From positions 124,001 through 188,000 of the forward strand of contig CDROCS010002078.1 of NCBI GenBank assembly GCA_977020255.1: a stretch of DNA of 64,000 nucleotides. Reading direction: 5' to 3'. Below are positions 1 through 14,847 of the stretch, one piece after another. Every line of letters begins with the position of its first letter. Positions within the stretch are counted from its first letter, which is position 1. The notes under the pieces are model-generated. The model made no database searches and had not been told where the DNA came from. It saw only the letters and a list, made by a program, of their open reading frames with translations. The translations under genes were made by a program, and so were the position numbers. Source of the stretch: Obrimoposthia wandeli (lineage: Eukaryota).

Positions 1-3000
1 CTTGTATCGAGGGATCATATTTATTGTCTTTTACGTGTCTTCTTAGAAGTATGGTTCCTGGTTTGTTTAGCCCTGTAGGGTTGTGCAATTTGTGGAGATG
101 CACAGTAACGATCGAATATAATGTAGCGCTTCTTGCAAAACCTCTTTCCATGAAGATGGGGTTAGGTTTCTGCTGTGAAGAGTTACAGATATAGTTTTCC
201 AGAATGTCCCATTTAGTCGCTCTACTTGACCATTTCCTGATGGATGATATGGTGTTGTTCGGGTTTTGGCGATGTTGTGCTTCGTTAAGAATTCCCTGAC
301 TTCTTGACTCATAAATTGTGTAGATTGGTGTAAAATGACCAAGGACACCCGAACGTGGAGAAGAGATGAAGGAGGCACGTTTTTACTGTGTGTGCTTCCA
401 TGTTTTTGCAGGGGTAGGCAAACGAGACTCTGGAATATTCATCTATCATCACTAGGAGGTATCGGTAAGGGCCGGAAACGGTAGCAGTCTTTTAAAGTCT
501 ATACTCAATCTTTCAAAGGATCACGTCGATTTTATTAGCTGTGACATCTCGGGTCGGTAGTATTGTGGTTTGAGTATTGCGCATGTTTTGCAATTTTCAC
601 AAACGTCTCTGACTTCCTTTATAGAGAATGGGAGGTTTTTGCTTCTGCTGAAATGCCAGAGCCTCGTAATTCCTGGGTGGCCCAACGCTTGATGGATTTC
701 AAGAACCGTTTTGAATTTGATCGCGTTGCATCTGGACATTGCGTCTGCAGCTAGACTAAGTTCGCCTGGAATGTGTGTTACGTCGTAGGAATATAATGAC
801 AACTAAATTCTCTATCGAAGAATTTTGTCATTTTTAGTTTTTCCATTTCTCTTTTGATTGAAGATCAACGAGAGCGCCTTTTGGTCAGTTTTGATTGAAA
901 AGTGGTTTGTGATCAATATTCATCTCTATTTTCGCACACTTTCGACGATCGCCATGGCTTCTTTATCGATTGAAGATAATCTTTCTTCGTTCGAGTTCAG
1001 GGTTCTGGATAAGTATGCAATAGGTTTATCTTCTTACAGCATGACTCCTGATAAGGCGGTTTTTGAAGCGTCAGTTAGAATCTCAATCGGATATTGAGTT
1101 TGATTGGAGAGAGTGTGGATGATAAGATTTCCTTTTTCAAGTGAGAGAGTGCTGTTTTTGCTGACAGGGGCAGAGGAAATGTTGCTTTCAGAAGAGGTTG
1201 GATTTTGTCTGAAAATGATGGTATCCATTTGGCGTAATAGCTCAGGAGTCAACGTAGTCTCTGCAATCCCTTTGTATTGGTTGGTAATGGGTAATCAGTA
1301 ATTGGTTTTAACCTTTCTGGATCGGGGCGCATTGAATTATCTTCGATTTGTTATCCAAGAAAATTTATGGACGTTTTTCGAAGCAAGCATTTATCCATGT
1401 TGAGTGAGATTTGGACTTTGTTAACCACTTCAAGGAATTTATTGACGTTTTTGTCATGATCTTCTAGTGATGGCCCGACGATGATTATGTCATCTAGATA
1501 AGGGTAGGTGCCTTTGAGATTGTTATCGTCGTTGATGTTGTTCATATTCCGTTGGAAAGCGCTGACGGCATTAGTAACTCCAAATGGTAGGCGTCTGAAC
1601 TGATATAAGTTACCGAGGCTTGGAAAGCCGTGAATTGTTTGTCGTCTGGGTGCAGAGGTACCTGGTGGTAGGCTGATCGCAGGTCCAGTTTGCTAAAGTA
1701 TTTGGTTTTTGATATTTCTCGCACTAGTTCGTCCATGTTAGGTAATGGGTACGCGTCAAAATGCTGAATTTGTTGATCGTCTGTGAGTAATCGATTACTA
1801 GATGCTTCTTCGTGTTCCTGTTTGTGATGAGTACTTGAGCTCTCTATTGGGAGAATGATTTCTCGATGATGCCACCCTTTAATAATTTTCCGGCTTCGAG
1901 TTTTATGAAGTTCAGGTCTGAATAGCAGTAGGTTCTTGATTTGGTCGCGATGGGAAATACGTCGTCTCTCATGTTCTCAAAGATTCGTGGCGGTTCAATG
2001 TGCATTGGTAGGACGGATGCTAGGGTCAGCGGTTGAATCTCCCCGTCAAATTTGAAGGTTATTGATTTATGTTTTTTCATAAAGTCTTGGCCAAGGATTA
2101 CTGGAGTACATAGGTTATCCAGTACGTTCAATCGTTGATTTCTATACGGCACATTGTTTAGTTCAAAATCCATAAAACAGAACGTTGTAGAGGTTGTTTT
2201 ATTGTTGTTGGATGCCAGAGATATTGGCATATTTTGGCCTGATAATTTGATGCACTTAACTAAGTTTCCGTCGATGAAACTGAGTTCGCTTCCACTGTCG
2301 ATTAGTGCATCGTGATACCCGTTGAGGTTCTTTATTTGACCTATTTCTTTTCGGAGTCCTGTAGGGGATTTGATGGCTGCATTTGCCAGATGTGTCGCTG
2401 CGTTGATTGTATCTTTCTTTCTCGACAGACAGACGCTGGAGAAGTGTCCGGTTTTCATGCATTTGTTGCACGTTGCATTTTTTGATGGACATAGATTTTT
2501 TACATGATATTCTTTTCCGCAGAAGTAACATTTCTCTCGCTGTTGGACTGCTGCCGTCGTAGGAAATTCTGATATTTCTTCTGATTGCGGGAGGTTATGG
2601 ACCGCTTCTAAATGTGTTGATCTTCTTATAAGCGCCTGAGTTCTCCATATCAGCTTCCAGAGATAGTGCTTGGGAGATTGCTTGAGTTAGTCTCAGTTCT
2701 TCGTTTTCTAGAAGTCTTTGTCGAGTTGACTGCAGTTTAATTCCTGACGCGATGGCGTCCGGATATACTCGTCTCGGTGTACTTCTGCCGTGGTAGTTTT
2801 GAAGTTGCAGTTTGTGGCGAGAACTTGTAGAGCCGTCAGGAAGTCCTCGATGTTTTCTTCTGCGTTCTGGGACCTGTACATAATCTGGTATTTAGAGAAT
2901 ATCTCATTCTTTTTTGCAATGAAACTTCAGTCCAGGATCCCGATAGCTTCGAGGTATGACTTTGCATTTGCGATCCTTAAGTAAATGTTTGAAGATACGT

Positions 3001-3136
3001 TACTAATGAGGAGAATAAGTTTTTCTTCGTCCATCACTTTGGTCCGGTTTGTAGTTAGGTCGAAGGTCCGTTTCCAATGTTTATACTCGGTCTCGGATTT
3101 ACCTTCCAGTTTTGGAAAAGTAAAGAGTTTCTCCAT
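1..3136 (-). mobile_element. Decayed Ty3/Gypsy-type LTR retrotransposon internal region (gag-PR-RT-RNase H-IN), fragmented; continues beyond the left window edge
   Basis: Minus-strand fragments occur in Gypsy order: gag (2927-3136), two Zn knuckles CYFCGKEYHVKNLC and CNKCMKTGHFSSVC (~2430-2535), protease IDSGS (1844-2458), RT LDLRSAYHQV and YLDD (1351-1736), RNase H TDAS (1034-1252), IN HHCC HQALGH..CENC (521-802), IN core HPSGNGQVER (67-378). Many frameshifts; LTRs not resolved. Confidence 0.9.
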
Positions 3137-4992
3137 CGATGAGTAAAATTTAGTTGAATAAATTGAAGTGAAACTAATAACAAGTTTTATTCAACTAAAT
3201 TTGAAAAGTGTTAATATCTAGAAGACTAGATACTAAAACAAAGTTCAACCGAACCGGTATTTAAGTAAAAATTATCATTCGATTGAAGATTCAGTTCAAT
3301 TGATTTATTAACAAATTACGTATTTACCTAGGAAATTAAAATTTACCTGTAAATTGAATAGAAATTTATTAAATCTATTTGTGGTGATGTGATACATGGG
3401 TTATTTTTAAAAATTAAAACATCTTTCAACTCTTGAGAACATGAAAAATCAGAAATCCCGAGAACCTAAGTATGTATATTCCCAGATAGGTAACAACAGC
3501 CTTTTTGGGATATTTCAATCCAACCTATAAAATACCTTAATTATATTTTAATAATTTCATTTAAAAATATTATAAATTGAATTTTGTTTAACAAAACTTC
3601 AGAGAAGAATTATTGAAATTAACATTTTGGAGAGTTAAAATTGTCCGAAAAATATATATATGTTAAAATTATTTATAATTGATTATATTAATAAACTATA
3701 TATTACAAAATTATTTTTCTTCTAATCTAATATAATGTTAGTTACATACACAAAATATCAAATGACCATAGGCAAATTTTCAAAAAATTGAACAAATAAA
3801 TAATATACAATTTTAAAAAAAATTTCTTTAAATCTATAACATTTAATTTAACTATGAAATGGAATTGGGTTATTTTAATTTGATTTTAATAAAAATATTA
3901 TAAGCTTTTTAAAAAATATATGACTATTTATGGCTTGTGATTTATATAAGATTTATTTCTGATTTTTATAACAAATATGATTTATAAAAGAAGAATGTTT
4001 GCAACATGTACTCTTTTAGAAATGATGAGAATGCATTAAGAAGAAATTGTTTCTAATATAATATCAAAATCTATTGAAAGAGAAGCTTAAATGATTAGAT
4101 AAAATTCTCAAACGATTGAAGTTAGATTTCTCAAAGAGAATTCAGTTTTTGGGATAAATTTATGTTTTTTGATGAAAAAAGAATTTACTTAAAAGGGTCA
4201 GAAGGCTATAATTATTATTGACAAGATGAAAGATGCAGAAATATGAGACATAATATCAAATTCTGCAATTTCATCTATCGGTGGAAATCCAAATAACCAT
4301 TAATATAATGATTTATAAATGGATCATATTATAAATGAAGGCATGCTAATAATTCTCCCTCCCAACTGAAAACGCAGAGCCACACGTTTTTAAATATACT
4401 CTAATAAATAAATTTTTAAATGAACCAAATTCATTTTTAAATGTAAAATTTATTTTTATTAATACAGTTAAACAAAACTCTTTAAATAAACATTAACAAA
4501 AAGTATTACAAATATTACAAATAGTTCAGTAAAACTGTGGAGTTTTTGCAAATGAGAAATATCAAATTATAATAATCAAAGCAAATGCATTGGCCTAATT
4601 AATTTGATGGAGAGAGCTCATTTTTCTCCTTCTGTCACAATTCTCGTAGCGCATCGAAGATCAAAGCTGACAACAGAGAGTTCCAGAGGCCCCGCTAATT
4701 CCCTGCTACAATATGTGTATGAACGCGGATTTGTGGAGGGAATTAATCAGTGTCATATGGCCATGTTTAAGAGCATATTAAGCCGGACCGTATACCCGAG
4801 TGTCGCGGGGTTAATTACAGGCAAACTTGACATCGCGCAGCATACCCAACCCAGCAGCAGAGGATCTGACAAGAGAGGGAGGAATTTTCTCCTTAATAAA
4901 CTTTTATTGGAATGGCATGGACAACTTTATCTACAACATTTACTTTTATGAGCACTGTGGGTATAATTATATCTCTATTAATTACATACACC

Positions 4993-6187
4993 CAGTGGTG
5001 GGATTCAAGGGTTCGCACCGGTTCGCGCGAACCGGTTCCTAAAAATATAAAAGTTCGCAGAACCGCCTGAACCGGTTCCTGGACTACCTTCTTCGACTGA
5101 AACGTACATAATCATCTGGATAAAAAAGATATAATTTTTTAATTCGTTGATTGAACGCATTATTTATTCTTATTTATTCTTATATTAATATTAATGGGAA
5201 AGTCAAAATTTCGAAACTATTATTAAAATTCAGCAAACATTTAACTACAATATATTAATATTTAAACATAAATATCATTACTTTCAAATGCTCTACAATG
5301 TAGAAATTTAAATTTGCCACGAGCCGAAAAGTTAATAAAAAGGTCAATCAAGGCGCTAGAAATGATGAAAGAAATGAAAGGTTCTTATGAAACAAAAATT
5401 GACGAGACTGTTGCTTCTGATGCATTTCTTCATATTAAGTTTGTTCAAAATAAGAATTATATTAACCTTCCTCGCCAAAGCCTGTTAGATTCTATTATAA
5501 AAAATATGAAACTAAGATTGATGGATTCTGATGAAATAAAAGCAAGCAAAAACTCCAAAGAAATTGATAATAAAATTCACTGTTTAGTAAACATCGTTAG
5601 CCCTGAATCATGGGATATTGATGAAGTTGTTGTACCGTGGAAACAAGCTGAAGAAAAATTACCCGGATTCTATAAGCAGTTTCACCATAAAATATGCGTT
5701 AACGATTTCCGTGACTATGTAGAAAATGTTATAGAAAACCGTCCCAATCAAGATGTTCCTTCTACAATACAAAAAGCAAAAAATATTATTAATACAATTG
5801 CTTTGAGTTCTGCTGAAGCGGAACGCGGATTTTCAGTTATGAATGTGATATATAGTGATAAAAGGAATCGTCTTGAAGTTCAAAATGTCGCAAATCTTAT
5901 GGTAATAAAGTTAATTGGTCTTCCTCTTAATTTATGGGATTCTATGGATTCTGTTAAAACGTGGCTAAGAAAACACCACACAGCTGATGATAAAAGAGTG
6001 AAGCATTCATCTAATAGTTCTTATAATTCTAATGAATTATCAATCTGGAAATATTTGGAATATGATGGTAAATAAAATGATTAATTGGACTTGTTTATTA
6101 TTAACCACACACGGAAAAATTGATTTAATTCCACATCAACCGGTAAATGAGCGAACCGGTTGCTAAACAGTTTGAATCCCACCACTG
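4993..6187 (+). mobile_element. hAT DNA transposon, internally deleted (1,195 bp)
   Basis: Perfect 16-bp TIRs CAGTGGTGGGATTCAA (4993-5008) and TTGAATCCCACCACTG (6172-6187). Perfect 8-bp TSD CATACACC (4985-4992, 6188-6195). Subterminal AACCGGT motifs at both ends. Confidence 0.93.
5314..6075 (+). pseudogene. C-terminal fragment of a hAT transposase (dimerisation domain)
   Basis: IALSSAEAERGFSVMNVIYSDKRNRL matches the hAT dimerisation motif. No ATG (TTG start in the track) and no N-terminal or catalytic part. Confidence 0.85.
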
Positions 6188-6609
6188 CATACACCAAACA
6201 CAATATCAATAACTGCAACTTTCATCAGAACACCAAAATTGTCCATGACAGCAGACCACAATCGTTTCATCCCTTCATTGCTCGTTACTTTAGCAACCCT
6301 GCATTGGTGATAAAATACAACTTTTCAATGACATATTTTCAAGGCAATCCTAAGTGATCTTGGGTATACATTTTATTGTCACCTTTCCATTCTCGTTTAA
6401 GTAGGAACATTGGTCATTTTAACTTTAACAAAAGTTATCGAGAATTTCCTTAAAGAATAAATTTCATAATAAATTCCACTAAATAACAAAAGCGAATTTG
6501 TTTATATTGCATTAATAAAAATATGAGAATGCAATTTATTTTAAAATATACAAAACATTTTTCTTAGTAAAAGATTTCCTTTGTGATTGTCTGTTGTAAT
6601 TTGGTTGTG

Positions 6610-6740
6610 AAACATCTCGTTTTAAACCCCAGCAGTAATCAGTCATCATATTGCCATTCCCTCACCTTTGTATCTAGATTGAAACCTTCGCCATGTTCTT
6701 CGCTGAATTCTCCTAAATTCTCTGGACAAAACATTTTTAC
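6610..6740 (-). pseudogene. Fragment of a Chapaev-3/CMC-like DDE transposase
   Basis: Manual reverse-strand translation gives FCPENLGEFSEEHGEGF, RYKG and MMTDYCWGLKRD (frameshifted). This matches the recalled NLGxxSEEHGERFHQDI...RYQG...MMADYCW motif set. Family name is from memory. Confidence 0.6.
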
Positions 6741-8989
6741 TTGTATTGTTAAGTATTGATAAACCATTTTGTACTCGAAATTATTTCAATATTTATAATA
6801 AGAATCTCTTTTTGTTGTTTTCAATTTCAATTATAATATTAAATTAAGATTTATAATACCATCAGAATGGAGTTGCATCGGTAATCCTCAACATTTGTAT
6901 TTCAAATGGGGAAAATTGGTGATTCAAAGTCAAGATCCAAACTTCAAAGGTTCATTTAAAATGTTTCAAGTTTCTTGCCGAAGTTGTCTCACAATTTTAT
7001 TTTAAGTCTACCTCCTCTTTACAAAGTTGGACTTGAGGAAGACAATTTTAATATAATCTCAGAGGTCAAATGTTATTAAAACTGCATTTTTTTTATTTAG
7101 AAAAGATAGGTTATTTAAGTAAAGAGCATGGTGGACGGTTTCATCAGTAATTGGCATGTATAGAGAAGCAATGTTCAGGAAGATAGGGTCAGGCAATGCT
7201 TGGGAAATTTCGTTTGTTCTCATACAAAGAATGTTCAGAAGATACAACAAAAATCCGTAAATCGATAAATTATTAAAAGAAATAAATGTTTTCATTTCAG
7301 TTTCTCTATATTGTTTTAAGAAACTTCATACATTTATTACGTACAATATATACAGGTAAATTTTTTATCGGCATTAAAAATGTATATATATATTTGTATA
7401 AGTTGTTTACCAAACAATTTCTTTTATATCTATAATAAAACATTTCTGTTAATTTTTCCATTTTAAATATCAATATTTACATAAAATTTGAATATCTTTT
7501 GATTTATTTAAACATATCAAAGGTGGTTTTGTTTAAATTATTTTGCCTTTATTTCCATGTTGCGTATGCTCATTTAAATTTGAAACCAGTTCTGTGTATT
7601 TTGTATCCTTAGTATGTAATGTCAAAAATTAGAGTACTGACAAACTAACGTAGAAAAAATATAAAGGGATATCCGGGGAAATTTCAGTATTCCAGTGGGG
7701 AATGAAATGAGTTTCAATAAAAATTTGTATTGGTACATTTTGACATAATACATAGTTCATGTAATAAATTTAAGCTTGCCATTAGAAATATATATAGCAG
7801 TAATGTTAAATAAAAGGAATAATATAATTTTTTGTTTTTTATGTTTTTCTCAAATAAAAATGAATATTTATTTTAAAATACATTATTTTTTAAAGGAGGG
7901 AGACAACATCAAATATTGTGGGAACCACTGCTTCATACCATATGTTGTTGCAAATTATACAAATGATAAACGTGGGAACTACATTATTTTATACTCTTTT
8001 ATCTCTTATAAACTGAAATATGACACTGAATAATATTTATTGTTCTCGATATAATGACTAAGGCGTCAGTAAAATGAGTTGTGGATTTTTTATCATAGAA
8101 AATATCTTTGGAAGATTTTTCATGCTATATATCACACCCGATATCGTTATCATTGAGATTTACAACTCTTTGGTTTCTGTTTTTGTCTTTGACTAATTTT
8201 AGGGAAATTATAATTTCTTACACGCTGTATAAATTCTTTATTTTATCAACACAATAAATATACTAATGAAAGTAACAAAATAGGAACAAACATGAAATAT
8301 TTCAAATGTTGGCGGTTCTTTTTTGCAAGATTGTACAACTGCAGAATGATACAATCATATTAATTATTAATATAGTCTTTAACATAAATCTGACTATGTT
8401 CTTTGTAATTATATTCTTCTGTTGCCGGCTTGTATTCTACAACATTAAAAAAATATTATATTTCAAAATGTTTTCCAACCTAAATTTTTTCCTTGAAACT
8501 AGGGTTACTAACCGTACTCTTTAAGGAGTCATGTACTCTATTTGAGATGTGTACATTTGTACTATTTACTCTTTTAATGCTGACTTCCGTTTGTTAATTT
8601 TTTAAATTTTGGATTTACAAATACATCCTAACAGTGAATTATTTATTTTAAACAATATTAGAACATTTCGTTAAGGGTTTAATAAGACTGCTATTATAAC
8701 TGTGGGTGGAAATTCTCTTTGAAAAATAGTCAAGAAATCTTCAACGAATTGTTAAGAAAATCTCATACATAAACGGCCCTTTAGAAATTCGTCGACGACT
8801 TTGTTATGATTTCTTTGTAGTCATTCTGCTCTGCTCATGTATCGTAAATTTGTTATTAACTTTGTTTGTATAATAAATATTTTGAATTTAATATTCATTA
8901 TTACATTTATAAATATATTTTCGAAATCATCTAGTCATAAAATGTACCAACAAAAATGTAAATTTAGAGATGAGCTTGAAAAAAATCAT

Positions 8990-10970
8990 TAGTTTAAACG
9001 ATCGAATGGGGACCCCTAAGTATTGTGCGATGTATCAATTCAACTGTTTCCATTGTAAAAAAGGCAAGGCTGATTTAGACCAGCATCTACAATCAGTAAA
9101 ACATTGAGGTCGTATTCAATCAACAAGCTCCAGTGGAAACATTTCAATATGCTTTACTCCGAAAAACGAAAAATTAGAAAAACAAATATGGATGGTAGAT
9201 GCTACACTAGCTTTCACACATTACAACATCAACAAATCTATATATCTTGTGACTGTTCAACAAATTTATATCGTTACCTGTTCAAAGTCTCTCAAATTAT
9301 CACGAAATTTATTTTCAGCCAGGAGAAAAACTGAGTAAATTGTAAATACATTTTTAGTGCCATACTAGCTGTAAGGAGGTTGAGAAGAATGTAATTTTTG
9401 ATAAATAAAATTTAAATATATAAAAATTATTCACATGAAATTTGAATTAGATATTATAATGGATGTGGGCTAGAATATACAAAGTGGAAGTTTCTCAAAA
9501 TTTGTTTAAATATTGTAAATAAAATAATAAAATTTTGAATTTTGAAGTCTTTTAATTAATGGAAACGACTAGTATGGATAGTCCAATCGCGGCTAACACT
9601 CGCTAAAAACTAGTGTGGTTAGAATCGAAACGAATAATGTACAGTATGTAGGTGTGTGTACAGGGGATTAAAATCATGGTGCAACACAAATGTCTTCAAT
9701 AATAATTCGGTATTTTGACAAAGAGTTACAATAATTGACATGAAATCTGTTCCTGATGAAAAAGCTGGAATATTAGCTAGCCTTATCATTTCGGCTCCGG
9801 ACAATATACATTTGAAAGACAATTTTTGCCGATGACAACTGTAATACCAATTTTGTGGTACTTTTCACACCCATGTACAGCAATTAATAGGTTTTGGATG
9901 CCAGGCCATATTTTAGATAATTGTGTTCGGCATGGACTAGATGGACTTCCGATTGAAGTGGAGTCTATTGTCTTGAACATATATAATCCTCCGCAATCTA
10001 TACAGTTCACACCAAACTGTAAAATACCGTTGAAGCTTCGTAGCTCGAGACTACAAAAAGCTTTAATTCCACTCCAAAACTCGGTGGTTGTCGTTACTCC
10101 CGGTCATACACTGAATCCTGCAATTATTCATAGCTTTGAAATCATGTTTTATACAGAATCAACCACAATTGGTTATAGAAATATTTATTCAAGATCCATT
10201 GAACGAATGCTATTTATGGTTTGTGCCTTTTATAATGTGTATACATCGTTTGAAAGAGGATCTGGTGAAAAATAAAAGAATTCGTAAATGAAGGTAATTT
10301 TATATATGGCATCATCTATAATACGTTGCTGGAGAAAGTGGTTCAAGAATTTCTTTCTATTCATGTCAAAACAATATTGAGAAATAATGACGGTAACCCT
10401 AAGAGTAAAACTATAAAGAATGAATTAGGTCACGTATATAGTCGCTGTGTAGATTATTTGATAATGTGGACAGCTCCCTTAGAGGAATTTGGCATTTTTA
10501 AATATATGCGTTTAAACGTTACGCCGACCAGTAGCAAAATAGAAAACAAAACAATTGCATTTTCGACAGAAAAATGTGTAGATATAAATGATTCACTTTT
10601 ATTCGATCAAAGCCTATAAATAAAGTGAAAGGTGATGATGAATTTTAAATCAAACAATGCTGTGATAATTGTGTGAAATATTTTGAAAAGAGAAATGATA
10701 CCCCATCTCCGAATTTTTAAAACTTTATAGCTACTGTTTCGCAATACCGGTACACAATATCAACCCTGAAGAAAAAAAGGTTTATTGAAATCCAATGGAT
10801 CGCCGAAAGAAACAGGCTGCTACCGGAGTCTGTTCAGCTGTTGTTGGTGGTCAAATTCACCTCTAATTACTTTGACTGCTATCAATTTTATTCAAATTCT
10901 TTACTGGACAAACAGCTGCTATTCAAAATTTAGGGAACAACACTATATGTATTTAAAAAATTTGTAGAAT
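8990..10970 (+). pseudogene. Degenerate hAT-superfamily transposase remnant
   Basis: Broken + strand motifs in hAT order: Zn-finger-like C..C...DLDQHLQSVKH (~9030-9105), HTLQHQQ.Y.S.DC (~9215), HILDNCVRHGLDGLPIEVESIV (~9905-9970), KTRWLSLLP (~10075-10100), YSRCVDYL..W (~10440). Confidence 0.6.
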
Positions 10971-13900
10971 TGTATTGTTGACTGATTTTTTTGTTTATTT
11001 TTTATTTAATGTGTAGCTTATTTCGAATTAAAGTTCCTATATTTCATTATTGAATATTGTATAATTGTATTTAATTGTTGTATACTTTTTTCTCTTTTTC
11101 AGTGAATTTAAAAAAAACTACTCTAATCTGTTAAATGAAATACTGCAACTCTGCATGAAACAAAAGAACTCCGTGCTCTTTGTTTGAGTTTTTGTGCATT
11201 TGTAATAAACTAAACTGTTTTTTCCAAAGCAGTGATAACATTTCTTTTTTTACTTTCAAGCTGGAGCAATTTCAAGAAGTTTTTACCTTTGTGTGAATAT
11301 CTATAAATGCATCGCATATTAATTTCAAAATGGTTTCGTCAACGGAAACTAAATTTCTATTTGGATTATCTAGTAACCATTTATTGAAGTGTCACTTTGC
11401 ATTTCTATTGATAACGGCTTATTCTTTATAAACTACGGTGTGAACCATATTTAAAATTATTTAAAAGTAATGCAACAAATAATACTTGTATAGTTGGCAA
11501 TAGCAGCGAGTCAAATGGATCTAGAAATCTGTTCATATATTTAATGTTTTATAGAGCTTTATGCCAATGAATAGTCATCAAAACCATTCTTGGGTACCAT
11601 CAATTTTTATTTCTGGCATTTTGTATGAAAATTGAGTACTCTTATTTACATACGTTTACCTTTTTTGAAGAATTCCGATAAACTGTGATACTGTTGCAGA
11701 AAAAACATCAAAATCTCTGAAACTTTCTGTTGTGTAGTACCCTTTCTCAGGCTTGAAATCTTTTTCCATCTCGTTTTATTTGAGGTATTTTTATCCTTCT
11801 TTCGTATTTTACCATGAGATAACTTTGATATTTCTATTAGTTTAAAATGTCGAAACGTAGCATGACGTTCTTTAATTTCTTTTATAACTTATAGTAAGCA
11901 AATAGCTAAAAGTAAAAGTAAAAGTTTAGTAATTTCTCGCCAAAAGACTCTGAAAATTTACAAATTACAAAAATAATACTGCAACATAAACGCCTATTTA
12001 GCAATTTTCTTCGTCCATAAAACATTTATCTTACAAACTTGCATTAAATAATCATTTACAAAAGAAATACAGGAAAGATATTTGGTCTGTCTAAAAGAAA
12101 ATTTACATTTTTCTAAATAATCCAAACATACATCATTGTTTTACTAGATTTAATTATGTTTGTTACTTGTTTCAGAAAGACAAAGGAAGATAAACTTTGC
12201 TTCAAAAATTATTTTCTAATTATAACTATTAGTATAAAGCGAAAATACACTAGTGAAGAATAAGCTCTCAAGATTCAAAGTTTCAAAGATCTCAATGCAT
12301 ATATAAATGCATTATATTCTCTCTTAAAAGCTAAAATTTATATTTTTGTTTTAAACATATACTTTAAATATCCAATATCCAATATCAAGATTGGGAAATT
12401 TAAATCAAATCGGGTGGTTACTTAATAATATTTTTAGTTTGAACGACTTTTTATTGTAACTATGATGTGTAACTAATATTTTACAGCTCAAATGTATCTG
12501 TTTGTTGAGTACATGGTCAGAGGAAGGTCCTTCACTAAGCGTAGCACATACAATGGGAAGTGAAATACGCTAAAAGGATATCAATATTTTGAGAAGATGT
12601 ATATTTATGGAATTATTCCCCAACATCAAAACCTATATGGTTCTGCGATTAACACACCAGCAGTTTGTTCAGCTCTCTCAGAGTATTGGTTGGAAGATTT
12701 CGGTCTTGATTCATGACAATTCTTGGGATATTTCTGTATATTTCCTTTTTCGAATTTATCCAGTTTAGAGGAATTTTTCCGAGACAAAAGGGAATTAAAT
12801 TCCTTTCCTAAGTCGAAATTTCCCACCAAAAAAGACTAATTGCAGCTTTGTCGTTAATGCGGAATAAATTATCGAAACTTTTCGGACAAGCCAAGTATAT
12901 TCAACATTGAACTAATATTACTGTCAATCAATAAAAGAAGGGGAACTTGATCAATCAGCACTTGATATGTTTGAATGCCTAAAACGGGGGCTTTGTTATC
13001 TACCAAATAACAAAGCACAGCTGCAATAATAGAAATTCTGCTCCCCTAAAAGCATGACTATAACTACTTCGTAATTCATGGTGAGCAGTGAAACGTAAAG
13101 GTTTCCTTTGCTTCGATGGATATTAATTCTAAATAAATGAACAAAATACGGATTTTAGGGAGAAAAACGTTGTTCATAAATTTCAATAGAACAAAATTGG
13201 TATTGTACAATTATATGTTTTATTTCAGCTTATAAAATCCTATTTAAAATACAAAGCATCCTAAAATCAATTGTTTCCAACGAGGCTTCTATCTCTTTTT
13301 TGTTTTAACAATGTTTGAAACTGATGGAAAATAATAATATTTGTTCTACCCATCTTTATTATATTAACTGGACGTATTAATCATTGGTCAAGTGCGATTA
13401 AGCTCTGAAAATGGCTTAATACAGCTATAAGTTTGACTGATATCCAATTATATCATAATTGTCAGGAGAGTGTACAAGTATTTCTTTAACGTCTACATGC
13501 GTGAGATCATTACGAAAATGTCATGAAAATCATTCTATAACGTCAGAATTTGGAGTAGCTGTCGTCGTCAGAAAACCTATATTGTCATGTGTGTGAAACA
13601 TAATTTGTAGTTATAACCAATGTTTACTCTGATTTTTAAAATATCTGTACGAAGAAAAATTATCCTGAGCTAGTTATTAGTTACTGGAATCTTTGCTAAA
13701 ATAGAATATGGTCATTATATAAATAATGTATGTGAATTAAAACTTTCCAAAGTATTTTATCATTTTTTTGAAATAGAAATAGAAATAAATATTAATTACA
13801 TTCTAGTCTTTCATTTTTTTAATCTCAATTCAAGTCATTTTAGATTTTAAAGACAAAAGAACACAAATAAACGATATAGTAAATTTACAATTTATTAAAT

Positions 13901-14847
13901 ATAAGGAAATGCACACAAAATAATTGAATAGAAGAAAATGTAGTAATTTGATGAAAACCTTTCGCACTTGTCCTTATGCAGTGTTCTATAGTCATGTAGT
14001 GCATTTAATCTATTCCTAGATTTTGTTTTAATTGTATTCATTACTGAATCCACATTTACAATCGGCACTTGGCGCCTGAAATGTTGCAAAAATATCTATA
14101 AGAACTGATAAATTTTAATATTTGTCGTCTTTCGATATTTTTAATGGCAGTCTTGTTTTTTGGACTTTTTTAATAATTTATGAACACTGTATAAACTTCT
14201 CAGGTCAGTTTCAAAAAACTATACTTTCCAAATTGAAAATCATAATTGAATTTGTATCTACTTTGCGGTTTAGAGTATCCATAAAGATTTTTACTTCGTT
14301 ACCTCAATATGCACTGTCTTCCAAACACTGGCTTCTTAATTTGTTAACCGTTGCTTTTGCAACCTGCATTGCTTCTATTAGTGTTAGACAGCTTTTTGGA
14401 AGTACTTACACATTGACGCTAGTTCAATGCTATCAGTACTACGTTCACTTGCGGACTTGTTCACATTTTAAGATAATATTCGATCATTGGATCGTTATAT
14501 TTTTCTTTTATTTCTTTGCAGTATTTTATCGAAATATTACAGTTTCACCTTACCTCATTTAAAAATCAAAAGGCCAATGAATTAAGAGCATTTCAGTGTC
14601 GCGTGTTATTGAAACATTTCTCACGAGTCGACAGTGTGAACCACAGGGTTGCTAGGACAAAATTTCGCGTTGTAAAACTGTGGCCACTCCAAATCTCTGG
14701 CCAAGCATAACAGAAGCTCCATCAGATGTAAACATTACAACCTCCTGTATAAAATTGCATTTACAACTGCTTTGCTGTCACAATTTTCTAATGTTAATAT
14801 TCCTACAAGTGAATCATATAACACAGTTTTGATGCTGATTGATATTT

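Noticed and set aside
4604-4990. ORFs 4604-4951 and 4827-5042 as a gene or hAT fragment
   Set aside because: Only a faint YPSV...SS...R.F similarity to a hAT C-terminus, which is insufficient to call.
8500-10401. TAGGGTTAC / GTAACCCTA as a TIR pair
   Set aside because: The transposase-like sequence continues past 10401 and no TSD was found; the right-hand match is probably chance.
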